A stretch of 52,577 bases of DNA from a virus (Duplodnaviria > Caudoviricetes), in IMG/VR virus record IMGVR_UViG_3300050139_000048, positions 1-52,577 of that record, one strand, 5' to 3'. Positions 9,276 through 18,331 of this stretch are shown here, one piece after another (the first letter of the stretch is position 1; each line of letters starts with the position of its first letter). Made by a program: the position numbers and the translations under genes. Under the pieces are notes generated by a model. The model saw nothing but the letters and a program-made list of their open reading frames with translations, had not been told where the DNA came from and did not search any database.

Positions 9276-10082
9276 ATGAACACAGCCACAAAAGAGGAAG
9301 GCCGCGTGATCGAGGTAGCGGCAGGGAGTTTCAGCAGGGCCGAGGATCGGGCTCTGCCGGCGCTTGTCGAGGCGGGGCAGGCCACGCCTATGTCCATGCT
9401 GGCGATGGCCGTCAAGCAGGGCATGAGCCTCGATACGATCAAGGAACTGCGGGCGCTGCAAAAGGAATACGAAGCCGACGAAGCGCGCAAGGCGTACAAC
9501 ACGGCCTTTGCTGCGTTCAAGGCCCAGGCGGTCAAGATCATCAAGAGCAAGACCGTGGACGCGGGGCCATTGGCAGGCAAGAAATACGCTGAATTGTTCG
9601 CCGTGGTCAACGCGCTGACTCCGGCCTTGTCCGCGAATGGCCTTAGCGCAGCGTGGTCAATCACCAAGGACGAAAAGGACTGGATCGAAGTCACCTGTAC
9701 GCTCAAGCACACGCTCGGGCATTCGGATTCCGTTTCGATGGGCGGACCCCCGGACGCTGGCGGCGCGAAGTCACCGATTCAGGCGAGGGCTTCCACGGTT
9801 AGCTATCTGGAACGCTACACGCTCAAGGCTATCTGCGGCGTGTCCGAGCAGGGCGACGACAAGGACGGCGGCGGCGGCGAAAAGAAAGGCATGCCCGAGG
9901 AACAGTACGCCGAATTCGTCAAGCGCATCGAAGCGCAGACCACGAAGGAAAAAGCGAAGGCCGTCTATAACGAGGCGGTGAAAGCCTGCAACGACCTGAA
10001 GGATGTCGAGTCGCACCAGAAACTCAAGGCCGTTCTACTGGCGCACGGCAACTTTATCGACGAATCGGCGAAGGCGAAATGA
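9276..10082 (+). CDS. erf: ERF-family single-strand annealing protein
   Basis: KYAEL..VVNALTPALSANGL, VTCTLKH..GHS, PIQARASTVSYLERYTL motifs. Confidence 0.88.
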   Translation: MNTATKEEGRVIEVAAGSFSRAEDRALPALVEAGQATPMSMLAMAVKQGMSLDTIKELRALQKEYEADEARKAYNTAFAAFKAQAVKIIKSKTVDAGPLAGKKYAELFAVVNALTPALSANGLSAAWSITKDEKDWIEVTCTLKHTLGHSDSVSMGGPPDAGGAKSPIQARASTVSYLERYTLKAICGVSEQGDDKDGGGGEKKGMPEEQYAEFVKRIEAQTTKEKAKAVYNEAVKACNDLKDVESHQKLKAVLLAHGNFIDESAKAK

Positions 10083-10693
10083 GCATTCAAGGTTCACCGG
10101 AATGGCTGCAGGAACGCTGCGGCCACGCGACCTCCTCCGAGTTTTCCGCCATCCTCGCCAAGGGCCAGGGCATCACGCGCACGAAGTACCTACGGCGGAT
10201 TGTCTGCGAGCGCCTCACCGGGAAGCCGGGCGAGAATTCGAGTTACGGAGGCTGGCAGAAGAACCTTGAGCGCGGGCAGGAGCAGGAGCCGTTCGCGCGC
10301 ATGGCATACGAAGCGGCGACCGGCAATTTGGTCGAGGAGGTCGGCTTTATCAAGCACGAGATGCTGCTATCCGGCTGCTCACCGGATGGCCTGGTCGGCG
10401 CCGACGGCGGCTGCGAGATCAAGAGCGTTATCCCGACCGTTCAACTCGATACGATTCTGACCGGCGGATACCCGGGCGAGCACCGGGCGCAGATCCAGGG
10501 GAATCTATGGATCACCGGGCGGGCCTTTTGGGATTTTTGCTCTTTCTCGCCCGACATGCCTGAGCATCTTCGGTGCTACGTGTTCCGGGTGGCGCGCGAC
10601 GACGACTATATCCGCACCCTTGAAGCTGAGGTCAGGGTGTTCTTGCAATCGGTAGATGAAATGGTAGCCAAACTCAACGAAAGGAAATCATGA
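10079..10693 (+). CDS. YqaJ/lambda-type exonuclease
   Basis: QGSPEWLQER, TSSEF, RG.EQEP.AR..YE, SPDGLV, EIK, QIQGNLW. Confidence 0.92.
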   Translation: MSIQGSPEWLQERCGHATSSEFSAILAKGQGITRTKYLRRIVCERLTGKPGENSSYGGWQKNLERGQEQEPFARMAYEAATGNLVEEVGFIKHEMLLSGCSPDGLVGADGGCEIKSVIPTVQLDTILTGGYPGEHRAQIQGNLWITGRAFWDFCSFSPDMPEHLRCYVFRVARDDDYIRTLEAEVRVFLQSVDEMVAKLNERKS

Positions 10694-11592
10694 ACCAAGA
10701 AATCGTCGTATTCAAGCCGGTCGAGGCCGCGCTGGCTGATTTGACCGCGCGTTACCGTGGCGTCGTTTTCGATGTGACGACAGTAGACGGAATGGCGGAC
10801 GCAAAGCAAAGCTACAAGGTCATCAACACGCACAGCATTACGCTCGAAGATGTGCGCAAGCGTGAAAAGGCCGAGAGCCTGAACTATGGCCGATTGGTGG
10901 ACTCCGAGGCTAAGCGCATATCAGACCAGCTTGACGCCCTGCGCCTGCCCATCAAGGCCCAGATCGAGACCGAGACCAAGCGCGAGGAACGCGAGCGGGC
11001 GGAAAAGGTGCGGATTGAGGTCGATCGGATCGCGGCCGAGGAAAAGGCCCGCAAGGATGCCGAGGAAGTGAAGATGGCAGCGGACCGGGCCGAGATCGCG
11101 CGCCAGCAGGCCGAACTCGCCAAGGCGCAGCAAGAGCGGCTTGCGGAAGAAGCCGCGGCGCGGCGCAAGATCGAGGAAGAAGGCCGGGCGGCGAGGGTGA
11201 AAATCGAGGAACAGGAGCGCGAAGCAAGGCTTGCGCGCGAGGCAGCAGACCGTGTTGCGCTACAGCAGCGCCAGGCAGCGGAAGCGGAAGCCAAGGCAAT
11301 CCGCGATGCCGAGGAATCGCGACTTAAGGCTGAACGCGACGAGATCGACCGCAAGGCGCGCTTGCTTGCCGAGGCCCAACGCCGTGAGCAGGAAGCGATC
11401 GAAGCGAAAGCGAAGGCCGAGCGGGACGCAGCCGAAGCCGTTGAACGCGAGCGCCGCCGCGTCGAGTCCGAATGGATGGAAGCCCACGCAATGCTGCGCA
11501 CGTTCAAGGATCGCTTCGGCGCCCTGCCTGAGTTCGCCGGAATCTTGAAAGCGATTGACACTTACCTGGGCCAGAAACGGAAGGCCGCGTGA
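10690..11592 (+). CDS. Coiled-coil phage protein
   Basis: E/A/R-rich helical sequence coupled to the exonuclease gene. Confidence 0.8.
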   Translation: MNQEIVVFKPVEAALADLTARYRGVVFDVTTVDGMADAKQSYKVINTHSITLEDVRKREKAESLNYGRLVDSEAKRISDQLDALRLPIKAQIETETKREERERAEKVRIEVDRIAAEEKARKDAEEVKMAADRAEIARQQAELAKAQQERLAEEAAARRKIEEEGRAARVKIEEQEREARLAREAADRVALQQRQAAEAEAKAIRDAEESRLKAERDEIDRKARLLAEAQRREQEAIEAKAKAERDAAEAVERERRRVESEWMEAHAMLRTFKDRFGALPEFAGILKAIDTYLGQKRKAA

Positions 11593-12010
11593 AATACTTA
11601 ATCGGCAAGGTCGTGTGTTTCATGTTGAGAACGCACAAGTGGCGCCGATTGCGCAAGGGAGAATCGTCCCACATCCCCGCCGAGCAGTTTGCACTTAATC
11701 CGATCGCTTACAGGGTATGCGGTAGGTGCTTAATTGTTCGATCGGTCAAGGCGCGCAAGGCGAAAGTGCCACCATCAACGGGTTCGACACTTTAGGGGTA
11801 TGTGATGAGCAAAGAATTGACGCCGTGGTATCCGCCTGAGATTAAGCCGGTGCGGATTGGACCGTACGAAACCGCACCTTACAATGCTGCGGACGATCCT
11901 TATTCCTATTGCGACTATTACTGGAGCGGCTACTGTTGGAGATACAGCAGAACAGGAGATATTTGCATGTTCCAAGACAAATCGTGGCGCGGCCTAGCGA
12001 GGAAACCGAA

Positions 12011-12610
12011 ATGAGCGAACTTGAACAACGCGCGTTGCGGATGGTCGGACAACGATTTGGGCGTTTAGTAGTTATATCCGTTTCAGACCGCACAGATAAA
12101 GCGAGAAGGCTGTATTGGTCCTGCCAATGTGATTGCGGCAATTTACACATTGTTGGCGGAAGATATCTCCGATCAGGAAAGAGTAAATCATGCGGTTGTA
12201 TAGCGAGGCCGCACGGTATGAGTTACACGAAGGAATTTGCGTGCTGGAAACACATTCTTGAAAGGTGCTACAACTCGAATTGCGCTGGCTATGCAGACTA
12301 CGGCGGCAGGGGGATAGGAATCTGCGAAAGATGGCGAGCGTCATTTATCGCATTTTTTGAGGACATGGGAAACATCCCAAACGGGAAAAGCATCGAGAGA
12401 ATAGACAATGCTGGCGACTATTCTAAGGACAATTGCCGTTGGGCATCGCCGCTTGAACAACAACAGAATACGCGCCAAACCAAACCATGCAGAGTGTTCG
12501 GGACCGCCTATACATCTATCGGTTCTGCTTCTCGCTCTATGGGTATCAGCAGATCAACATTACGCTGGCGTATCGACAACCACTTTGACGGATACGAGGT
12601 GATGAGATGA
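12011..12610 (+). CDS. HNH-type homing endonuclease
   Basis: GQRFGRLVV, WSCQCDCG, YGGRGI.ICERW, SIERIDNAGDYSKDNCRWA. Confidence 0.88.
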   Translation: MSELEQRALRMVGQRFGRLVVISVSDRTDKARRLYWSCQCDCGNLHIVGGRYLRSGKSKSCGCIARPHGMSYTKEFACWKHILERCYNSNCAGYADYGGRGIGICERWRASFIAFFEDMGNIPNGKSIERIDNAGDYSKDNCRWASPLEQQQNTRQTKPCRVFGTAYTSIGSASRSMGISRSTLRWRIDNHFDGYEVMR

Positions 12611-12894
12611 GCGACAAAGGCAAAATGGCCGAGCAAGGGGAGCCGGGTATTCCCGGCATGAAACGAAAAATGAGCGCTGGCACATACATTTGCGAGAATC
12701 CAAACTGTAAGAAAGAGTTCACGGCAAAGAAAGCAGATCGGAAACGCGGATGGGCTAGGTGCTGCGGTAAGTCATGCGCAGCGTGGACGCGAGAAAAGAA
12801 ACTGGACCGGAATGATTATTACAGTAGGCGCGGTAAAGAGGCAATAGCCAACGGCGGATTCAGCAACGAAGAACATGACTGCAATAAGGAATAA
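12607..12894 (+). CDS. Small Zn-binding hypothetical protein
   Basis: C...CKKEF...ADRKRGWARCCGKSC. Confidence 0.65.
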   Translation: MSDKGKMAEQGEPGIPGMKRKMSAGTYICENPNCKKEFTAKKADRKRGWARCCGKSCAAWTREKKLDRNDYYSRRGKEAIANGGFSNEEHDCNKE

Positions 12895-12896
12895 CC

Positions 12897-13820
12897 ATGA
12901 ACGCTGACACGAAGGCTGATGAGCTGCTGAAGGAATTGGATTCTCACAGCAACCGGCCGGAGGTTCATGACGCAGCCGCCACTATCCGCCAACTCCAATC
13001 CGACCTGAACGCCCGCGCAGTCGTAAGCGTTGCGCAGGAGAATACGATTGATGGGCTGCGGCGGGAGTTGGGTGAGGCTAATTCAGAGTGTGCCGTTCGA
13101 AACGATGAAGTAACAGGACTAATGGGTCAGCTTGAGGCTGCAACTAATCCCCTCGGCTGTATCCACTCTACATTCACGCCAAACTGTTTAGGCTGTGCTA
13201 ATCGCGACTTGGCGAGAGCGCGAGAATTGCTTGAGGCCGCAAATAAAGGAATACTAAACCTCGCTGTCGCCTACCTCGAAGCACGCCAAGCCCTGCTGTT
13301 CTGCTACGAGAAATTGCAGCCATTTCAACCGTTCGAGGATTGGGTCAACATGCTAGGCAAAGAGCGCGATACGTTGCAGGAAGCAATGGAACGTGAGCGC
13401 AAGGCGCGGGAGTCTGCTGAACGCGACATTATTTTACAACGAAATGGATATACAGGGGTGGTGGATGCTGCCGAATCCCGCCTCGCCAAGTGCTTCGAGG
13501 AAACGCGGGAGAGGTGCGAGCAACTTTGCTACGAGGAACGCGACAAGGCCGATGCCAAACTACCAGACACGCACGGAGGTACAGAAAACATAGAGCATCT
13601 TATGGGCCAAGGTTGGATGGCAAATTTACTTGGCAAGAAAATACGCGCTCTCGAATCCGCAGCACCCTGTGAATGGCCCTCCGGCAAGGGTGACTGGAAT
13701 AAACCGGTTGCTGCTGCGGACCTCATCCCCGGACTGGAACGGGCGGCGGAGATTTGTGATGAATACTTTGGTGGAATGAGTTTGCTTATCCGAGACGAAA
13801 TCGAGAGGATTAAATCGTGA
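12897..13820 (+). CDS. Mosaic coiled-coil hypothetical protein
   Basis: 307-aa ORF with ribosome-binding site; contains a 78-bp segment duplicated in 14068..14256. Confidence 0.7.
   Translation: MNADTKADELLKELDSHSNRPEVHDAAATIRQLQSDLNARAVVSVAQENTIDGLRRELGEANSECAVRNDEVTGLMGQLEAATNPLGCIHSTFTPNCLGCANRDLARARELLEAANKGILNLAVAYLEARQALLFCYEKLQPFQPFEDWVNMLGKERDTLQEAMERERKARESAERDIILQRNGYTGVVDAAESRLAKCFEETRERCEQLCYEERDKADAKLPDTHGGTENIEHLMGQGWMANLLGKKIRALESAAPCEWPSGKGDWNKPVAAADLIPGLERAAEICDEYFGGMSLLIRDEIERIKS
13268..13345 (+). repeat. 78-bp dispersed repeat, copy 1 (copy 2 at 14160-14237)
   Basis: 75/78 identical by manual alignment; both encode AYLEARQALLFCYEKLQP(F/L)QPFEDWV. Confidence 0.95.
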
Positions 13821-14159
13821 GCGATAAACAGTCAATGAGTAAATTTGCAACTAAGGCAGATTATCAAAAGGCAATGGCTGCCTACCACGCAACAACCTGT
13901 ATTTGCGCCACGTGCGAGGACAGAAAAACTCGCATCACCGAACTAGAGGCCGAAATCCAGCTCCTCAAGGAGTTGGCGAATGCGTTTCTGAATATGTACG
14001 GAAGTGTGCCAGAAGAATTGCAGCTTCCAACGGAGAAAGCCCTACGCGAAGCACTAAAGGAGCATTCATGAGCGCAGATCATAGAGCCGCGACGGAATGG
14101 GCAGAGAAAATGGTGGCATGGCCTAATGGTTATAACAGAGACAACATCGGTCTCGCCGC

Positions 14160-14237
14160 CGCCTACCTCGAAGCACGCCAAGCCCTGCTGTTCTGCTACG
14201 AGAAACTTCAGCCACTTCAACCGTTCGAGGATTGGGT
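14160..14237 (+). repeat. 78-bp dispersed repeat, copy 2
   Basis: See 13268-13345. Confidence 0.95.
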
Positions 14238-14526
14238 AAAGGAGATTGGGAAATGAGCGAAATTGAGCAACTAAAAAAGAGAATAGACGATTCTGGTTTA
14301 AACGGAGTCGAAACGGCACACATTCGAGACGACTACGAGCCTACTGGGGCCATGATGATCCAAGATATATGCGCCACTGGTGACTACGTGCAGCGCAAAG
14401 TTCCACTAGGAGGATACGACCAAAAATGGAAGGTATTCAAGAAAGGCATGGAGCCGTATTAGCCATGACTGCCCTCCTCCCCTTCATCGGCCCCGCATCC
14501 GAGGTCACGCCATCCGCCAGGGTGTC

Positions 14527-15072
14527 TCAATATTCCAAAGCCTTCCCGTTCGTCGCCTTGAACTGCTCGCGTACCCAATCTTGGCAGAACGCTAACCGGT
14601 CCGCGTTACGGCGTGCGCGGGCGTAGTTGGCGGTGACGCCGGGGAGCGCGGCAACGGCTGTAACGCCTCCGGGGCCTGCATCATCTCCTGCGGCGGGCGG
14701 GGGAACGGCACCTGTGGCCGCGGCGTCGTGAAGGCGCAGCCAGCGGTTATCAAGCACACAAGCAAGAGCCAGCGGTTTCGATTCGACATATTTGATCACC
14801 TCCTTTTCGATTGTTTCGGTCACTACCTTCGTTTGGCCGGCCACCTTGACGTATTTCGTCACCGTGACGGCCGTCGCATCGCCCTGCTTGACGATCACCT
14901 TGGCGCTTTCCATGACCTGCTCACCTTGGTACTTGATCAGCTTCTCGGTGCCATGCTGATTGCCCTTGACCCAGCCGAAGGCGCCGATCGCGGCGGCGAG
15001 GATACCGATGACCGCCCAACGCGCCAGGATCGCGTATGGACCGCTGAAGATTGCTAGAGCTGCACCCATCAC
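14527..15072 (-). CDS. Rz-like inner-membrane spanin
   Basis: N-terminal transmembrane segment; follows endolysin; contains a nested lipoprotein gene. Confidence 0.8.
   Translation of the reverse strand: MMGAALAIFSGPYAILARWAVIGILAAAIGAFGWVKGNQHGTEKLIKYQGEQVMESAKVIVKQGDATAVTVTKYVKVAGQTKVVTETIEKEVIKYVESKPLALACVLDNRWLRLHDAAATGAVPPPAAGDDAGPGGVTAVAALPGVTANYARARRNADRLAFCQDWVREQFKATNGKALEY
14592..14789 (-). CDS. Rz1-like outer-membrane lipoprotein spanin (nested)
   Basis: Lipobox LLLVCLITAGC, Pro-rich mature part, embedded in another frame of the Rz-like gene. Confidence 0.85.
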   Translation of the reverse strand: MSNRNRWLLLVCLITAGCAFTTPRPQVPFPRPPQEMMQAPEALQPLPRSPASPPTTPAHAVTRTG

Positions 15073-15668
15073 GCCCTCCCATCACAGTTGACGCCGCGAC
15101 CCCATGCTGCGTACTTGGGCGCGTGCTTGTAGATGATCCACCGCGGATAGAGGCGGCTGTATTCGAAGTTCTTGGAATTCTGCCCGGCGTTGATCTGCTC
15201 GGCGGCGCGCTGGCCAAACCAGAGGCCTGGCACTTCGGATCTCTTCTGCGCGCGCAGAACATACCCGAGCCCGGCGTTGTATCCCTTGAGCGCCGCGCCC
15301 CAGCGGTCGCAATCGGTGACCGCTGCCACTCGGCCGGCGTTGTACGAGTCGAGGCGCACCATCGCGCGAATCGCCCAGAGCGGGTTGTAAGGCTGCGGCG
15401 TGCCGAGATCCTGGTAGCGCTCCGCCACCCACTTGGCGGTAGGGTCCATGAATTGCGCGAGGCCGCGGCCGTTGTCCCAGGCGGTGATGCCAGGGCGCCA
15501 CCCGGATTCCTGCTGAATCTGCCCGGCCAGCAGATCGATCGGCGCGGAGAGCCCGAGAACGAAGTGCGCCTCGCGCGTCAGGTCAGCCCGGTACTTCAGC
15601 GCTGCCGGTGGGACTTGAGCAGCGCAGAACGCCGGCAACATCACCAGTAACAGGGCGATGAATCTCAT
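15069..15668 (-). CDS. Endolysin, SLT-type lytic transglycosylase with N-terminal signal peptide
   Basis: QIQQESGW, GLAQFM, YNAG motifs; MRFIALLLVMLPAFCAA signal. Confidence 0.9.
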   Translation of the reverse strand: MRFIALLLVMLPAFCAAQVPPAALKYRADLTREAHFVLGLSAPIDLLAGQIQQESGWRPGITAWDNGRGLAQFMDPTAKWVAERYQDLGTPQPYNPLWAIRAMVRLDSYNAGRVAAVTDCDRWGAALKGYNAGLGYVLRAQKRSEVPGLWFGQRAAEQINAGQNSKNFEYSRLYPRWIIYKHAPKYAAWGRGVNCDGRA

Positions 15669-15931
15669 AGGCCCATCGCAACAGCGAGCATCGCGGCCGC
15701 CATGATGATCGCGCGCCGGACTTGTAGGAGCGCGGGCGAGTGTGGATCGAGCCGCGCATCCATGAAGGCGCGTCGGTCTATCCAATATCCGATGAAACTG
15801 GCCACGGTGAGGTTTCCGATTTTCCAGCAGAGTGTTTGCAACTGCGGCTGCGAACCGAACGTGGTGAGCGCCAGGCCATAGAACACCGCCGCGAGCGCAA
15901 GCCATTGCATCATCCGAAATTTATCTTTCAT
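15665..15931 (-). CDS. Putative holin
   Basis: 88 aa, 2-3 hydrophobic segments, IGYWIDR...RRAII motif, directly upstream of endolysin. Confidence 0.85.
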   Translation of the reverse strand: MKDKFRMMQWLALAAVFYGLALTTFGSQPQLQTLCWKIGNLTVASFIGYWIDRRAFMDARLDPHSPALLQVRRAIIMAAAMLAVAMGL

Positions 15932-15982
15932 TTTGCCGTGCTCCTGTTTTTGACTTCCTTCAACGCCTGATTAGTTCGTCGA

Positions 15983-16345
15983 TCATTTCTGCTTCTTTGA
16001 GCCAGCGGCCAAAGCGGCGGCGGTCGATACAGCGGCCGCAGCCACAGCAGCGGCAGTCGTGGCCGCTGTAGTCGCCGCAGTCGCCGCAGCAGTATCACTC
16101 ACTGCCTGATTTTTTACAGCTTCGAGCCCAACCTTAAGGTCGCTGATGTCCTTGACGGTCTGCGCTGTTGTAATGGCCGTGGTAGCCTGCTGCGTCGCAA
16201 GGTCTTTGCTCACGGTGATAAGTCCCTCCCTTACCGACAGCAGAGAGCTACCGCCCCACGCAAGCACGGCGCAGATCACCACTTGGATTATGGTTTGCGC
16301 GCGCTGCTCGAAATTGTTGCGCCTGTTATCTCCATCCATGGTCAT
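15983..16345 (-). CDS. Membrane-anchored hypothetical protein with Ala/Thr-rich tail
   Basis: One transmembrane segment, coiled coil, AT-rich helix. Confidence 0.7.
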   Translation of the reverse strand: MTMDGDNRRNNFEQRAQTIIQVVICAVLAWGGSSLLSVREGLITVSKDLATQQATTAITTAQTVKDISDLKVGLEAVKNQAVSDTAAATAATTAATTAAAVAAAAVSTAAALAAGSKKQK

Positions 16346-16357
16346 CGCGCACCCCTA

Positions 16358-16633
16358 TTATTTGATCGATCTGAAATTGAACAGCACTGCGCACGCGTAG
16401 AACAGGACAAGCGCACCAAGAATCCGTGGGTAAGGCAGACAAAAATACCAAGCCAGCGCGACCACGACCGCGCCCTTGGCGACGAGCGCCGGTATAACAC
16501 CGGCCTGTGCGATCGCATAGCGCATCGCGGGGTTCAACTCACGGCCACCGGCGCTGAGGATTCGCCAGGTGGTATACGCGTAGAGCGCCTGCAGCAGAGC
16601 GAGCGCTATTAGAAGCAAGGCGGTTAGCGTCAT
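16358..16633 (-). CDS. DUF5658-like small membrane protein
   Basis: YTT..IL..GGRELNP..R motif with hydrophobic helices. Confidence 0.65.
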   Translation of the reverse strand: MTLTALLLIALALLQALYAYTTWRILSAGGRELNPAMRYAIAQAGVIPALVAKGAVVVALAWYFCLPYPRILGALVLFYACAVLFNFRSIK

Positions 16634-16836
16634 CACAGCCCCCACTTTGCTTTCTCGCTCCGCCCCCCACGCCCGGCATTCCTCGGCATAGGCATTGTAG
16701 GCGACCATCTCTGGGCTCGGCGCGCAGCGCCGGTTCGCACTTTTGCCGCGAACGACGTAGCCCCACCAAGACAGGCGAGCGCGAACACCCATGCATATGT
16801 GAGAAGCGTGTAGCTTGTCGGGTCTTTTTCGGGCAA
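16633..16836 (-). pseudogene. Truncated LydA-like holin fused to a fragment of another gene
   Basis: PEKDPTSYTLLTYAWVFALACLGGATSFAAKVRTG resembles a holin N-terminus; hydrophobic pattern is lost after about 40 aa. Confidence 0.55.
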
Positions 16837-16849
16837 GGCGTTCTCCAAT

Positions 16850-16872
16850 AAAAAAGCCCGCATCAGCGGGCC
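16850..16872 (-). terminator. Intrinsic terminator
   Basis: GCCCGC-loop-GCGGGC followed by T6 on the minus strand. Confidence 0.8.
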
Positions 16873-16889
16873 TTGGTGAGTGAGTCCGG

Positions 16890-17078
16890 TTATTCTTTTG
16901 CGGCCTTCAGCGCTTCCACTTCCTTTTTCAGCGCCTCAAATTTCTCCGCGTATTCGGCCAGCTGCGCTTGCAGAGCGGCCTTGTCAGCCGCCAGTTGAAT
17001 GCATCGGTTTGCCAGCGCATCGACGGCGACTGTGCGGACGATATTTGATTCATTAAAAATTGCCTGACCTTGGTCCAT
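16890..17078 (-). CDS. Small coiled-coil protein
   Basis: MDQGQAIF...ALANRCIQLAADKAALQAQL; similar to 17542..17718. Confidence 0.65.
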   Translation of the reverse strand: MDQGQAIFNESNIVRTVAVDALANRCIQLAADKAALQAQLAEYAEKFEALKKEVEALKAAKE

Positions 17079-17362
17079 CACTTCTCCTTGTGTTTCTGCA
17101 ATTGAAACCAGTTCCACCCAATCACCCCCGCATAGCCGACTTCCAGCCACGCCAGCACGGTAGGACTTCCGCCATGCAGCATCGCATACCAAGTCCAGCC
17201 GACAATGCCGATCTTCATCAGCAGCAAGCCCCAATAGACGCCGAACCACTTGAACAGGAACTTGGGAAAGCCTACTTCTTTTCCTCCAAATCTCAGGATG
17301 GAATATGTTTCCCACCCATCAATTGCACTCTCGATACCAAATATAATCAGTAAAGCAAGCAT
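17078..17362 (-). CDS. DUF5658-like small membrane protein (second copy)
   Basis: DGWETYSILRFGGKEVG motif with hydrophobic helices. Confidence 0.6.
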   Translation of the reverse strand: MLALLIIFGIESAIDGWETYSILRFGGKEVGFPKFLFKWFGVYWGLLLMKIGIVGWTWYAMLHGGSPTVLAWLEVGYAGVIGWNWFQLQKHKEK

Positions 17363-17541
17363 TGATTACCTCCCTTTTGCCACTCCATGTTTGGCCACAA
17401 TCTATTGCTCTTGGCGATGTTCTCGACCTTTGGTAGCCTCGCCGCATTGGCCTTGTAAAACGCTCTGCGCTGTTCGAGTTCTGATTCTTTAGACATGGTG
17501 TTTAGCGGCGGACTCCAGAGCGAAGATAGCAAGCAGCAGAT

Positions 17542-17718
17542 TCATTTCGGCTTTAACTCCTCAAGTTCTTTCGCTTGCTTCTCTACCTGCTCTGTCAATG
17601 CTCGAATCCGCTGGTTTGCTACAGCCAACTCCCCCGCAAGTGTTACGGCTCTTGTACTAATCAGCATTACCTGCTGCTGTAGTTCAGCAAGCATTGCGTT
17701 GATCTTAGTTTCGTCCAT
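17542..17718 (-). CDS. Small coiled-coil protein
   Basis: Hand translation MDETKINAMLAELQQQVMLISTRAVTLAGELAVANQRIRALTEQVEKQAKELEELKPK; AAGGA ribosome-binding site. Confidence 0.65.
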   Translation of the reverse strand: MDETKINAMLAELQQQVMLISTRAVTLAGELAVANQRIRALTEQVEKQAKELEELKPK

Positions 17719-17846
17719 TGGGTGTCCTTAATTAGTCAGCGCACGTTGCCAGCGTCTTGGGATTCTCAGCCACCTGAACGGCAGCGCAGCCGGAAAGCAG
17801 GAGGGCGAGGATTAAAATTAGTGCACGCATTTGAGTTCGAGGGCGG

Positions 17847-18320
17847 CTAGTTGATTTTGATAAATCCGCCGGACGAGTAGATAGTTCCAGCGGCCCCACC
17901 AGCAGCGGTAGGGATTCCGGTCAATGATATGTGCGTGCCATTTATAACAAGTGAACCCCCGGTTCCTCTTATATACGCCGTGGTTGCTCCTGACGTTCCA
18001 GCGTCGTACCACAGTAGATAGTTTTGATTTGCAAACGTAGCCGAACCCGAGACAAGTCCTGCGCCGTTCACTCCCAATGCCCCACTAAACGCCCCCGTCG
18101 TCCCGCTGATCGCGCCTGCGGTGAGGGAGCCTGAGCCGATATTAATTGATGGATTTCCGGTGCTCGTTATATTCCCGGTCAGAATGCCGCCAGCAAGAGT
18201 CAACGCGCCGCCGTTGATTTCGCTCACCATGTTCGCCAATGCAATAACAAGCGCGTCTGCGCGCGTGGCGAAATTGGCGGGGTCGGACGTGCTCGGCGGG
18301 GTCGGAAGTGGGGTCAGCAT
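17847..18320 (-). CDS. Short tail fibre/spike protein
   Basis: N-terminal TPLPTPPSTSDPANFATRADA anchor, Gly-rich body, last position in tail operon. Confidence 0.65.
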   Translation of the reverse strand: MLTPLPTPPSTSDPANFATRADALVIALANMVSEINGGALTLAGGILTGNITSTGNPSINIGSGSLTAGAISGTTGAFSGALGVNGAGLVSGSATFANQNYLLWYDAGTSGATTAYIRGTGGSLVINGTHISLTGIPTAAGGAAGTIYSSGGFIKIN

Positions 18321-18331
18321 GGTTATATCCT

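Noticed and set aside
13268-14237. Diversity-generating retroelement TR/VR pair
   Set aside because: No reverse transcriptase in the genome; mismatches are few and not consistently at adenines of one copy; both copies are coding
15983-16110. Type I antifreeze-like Ala/Thr helix
   Set aside because: Low-complexity resemblance only; Thr spacing is not the regular 11-residue period
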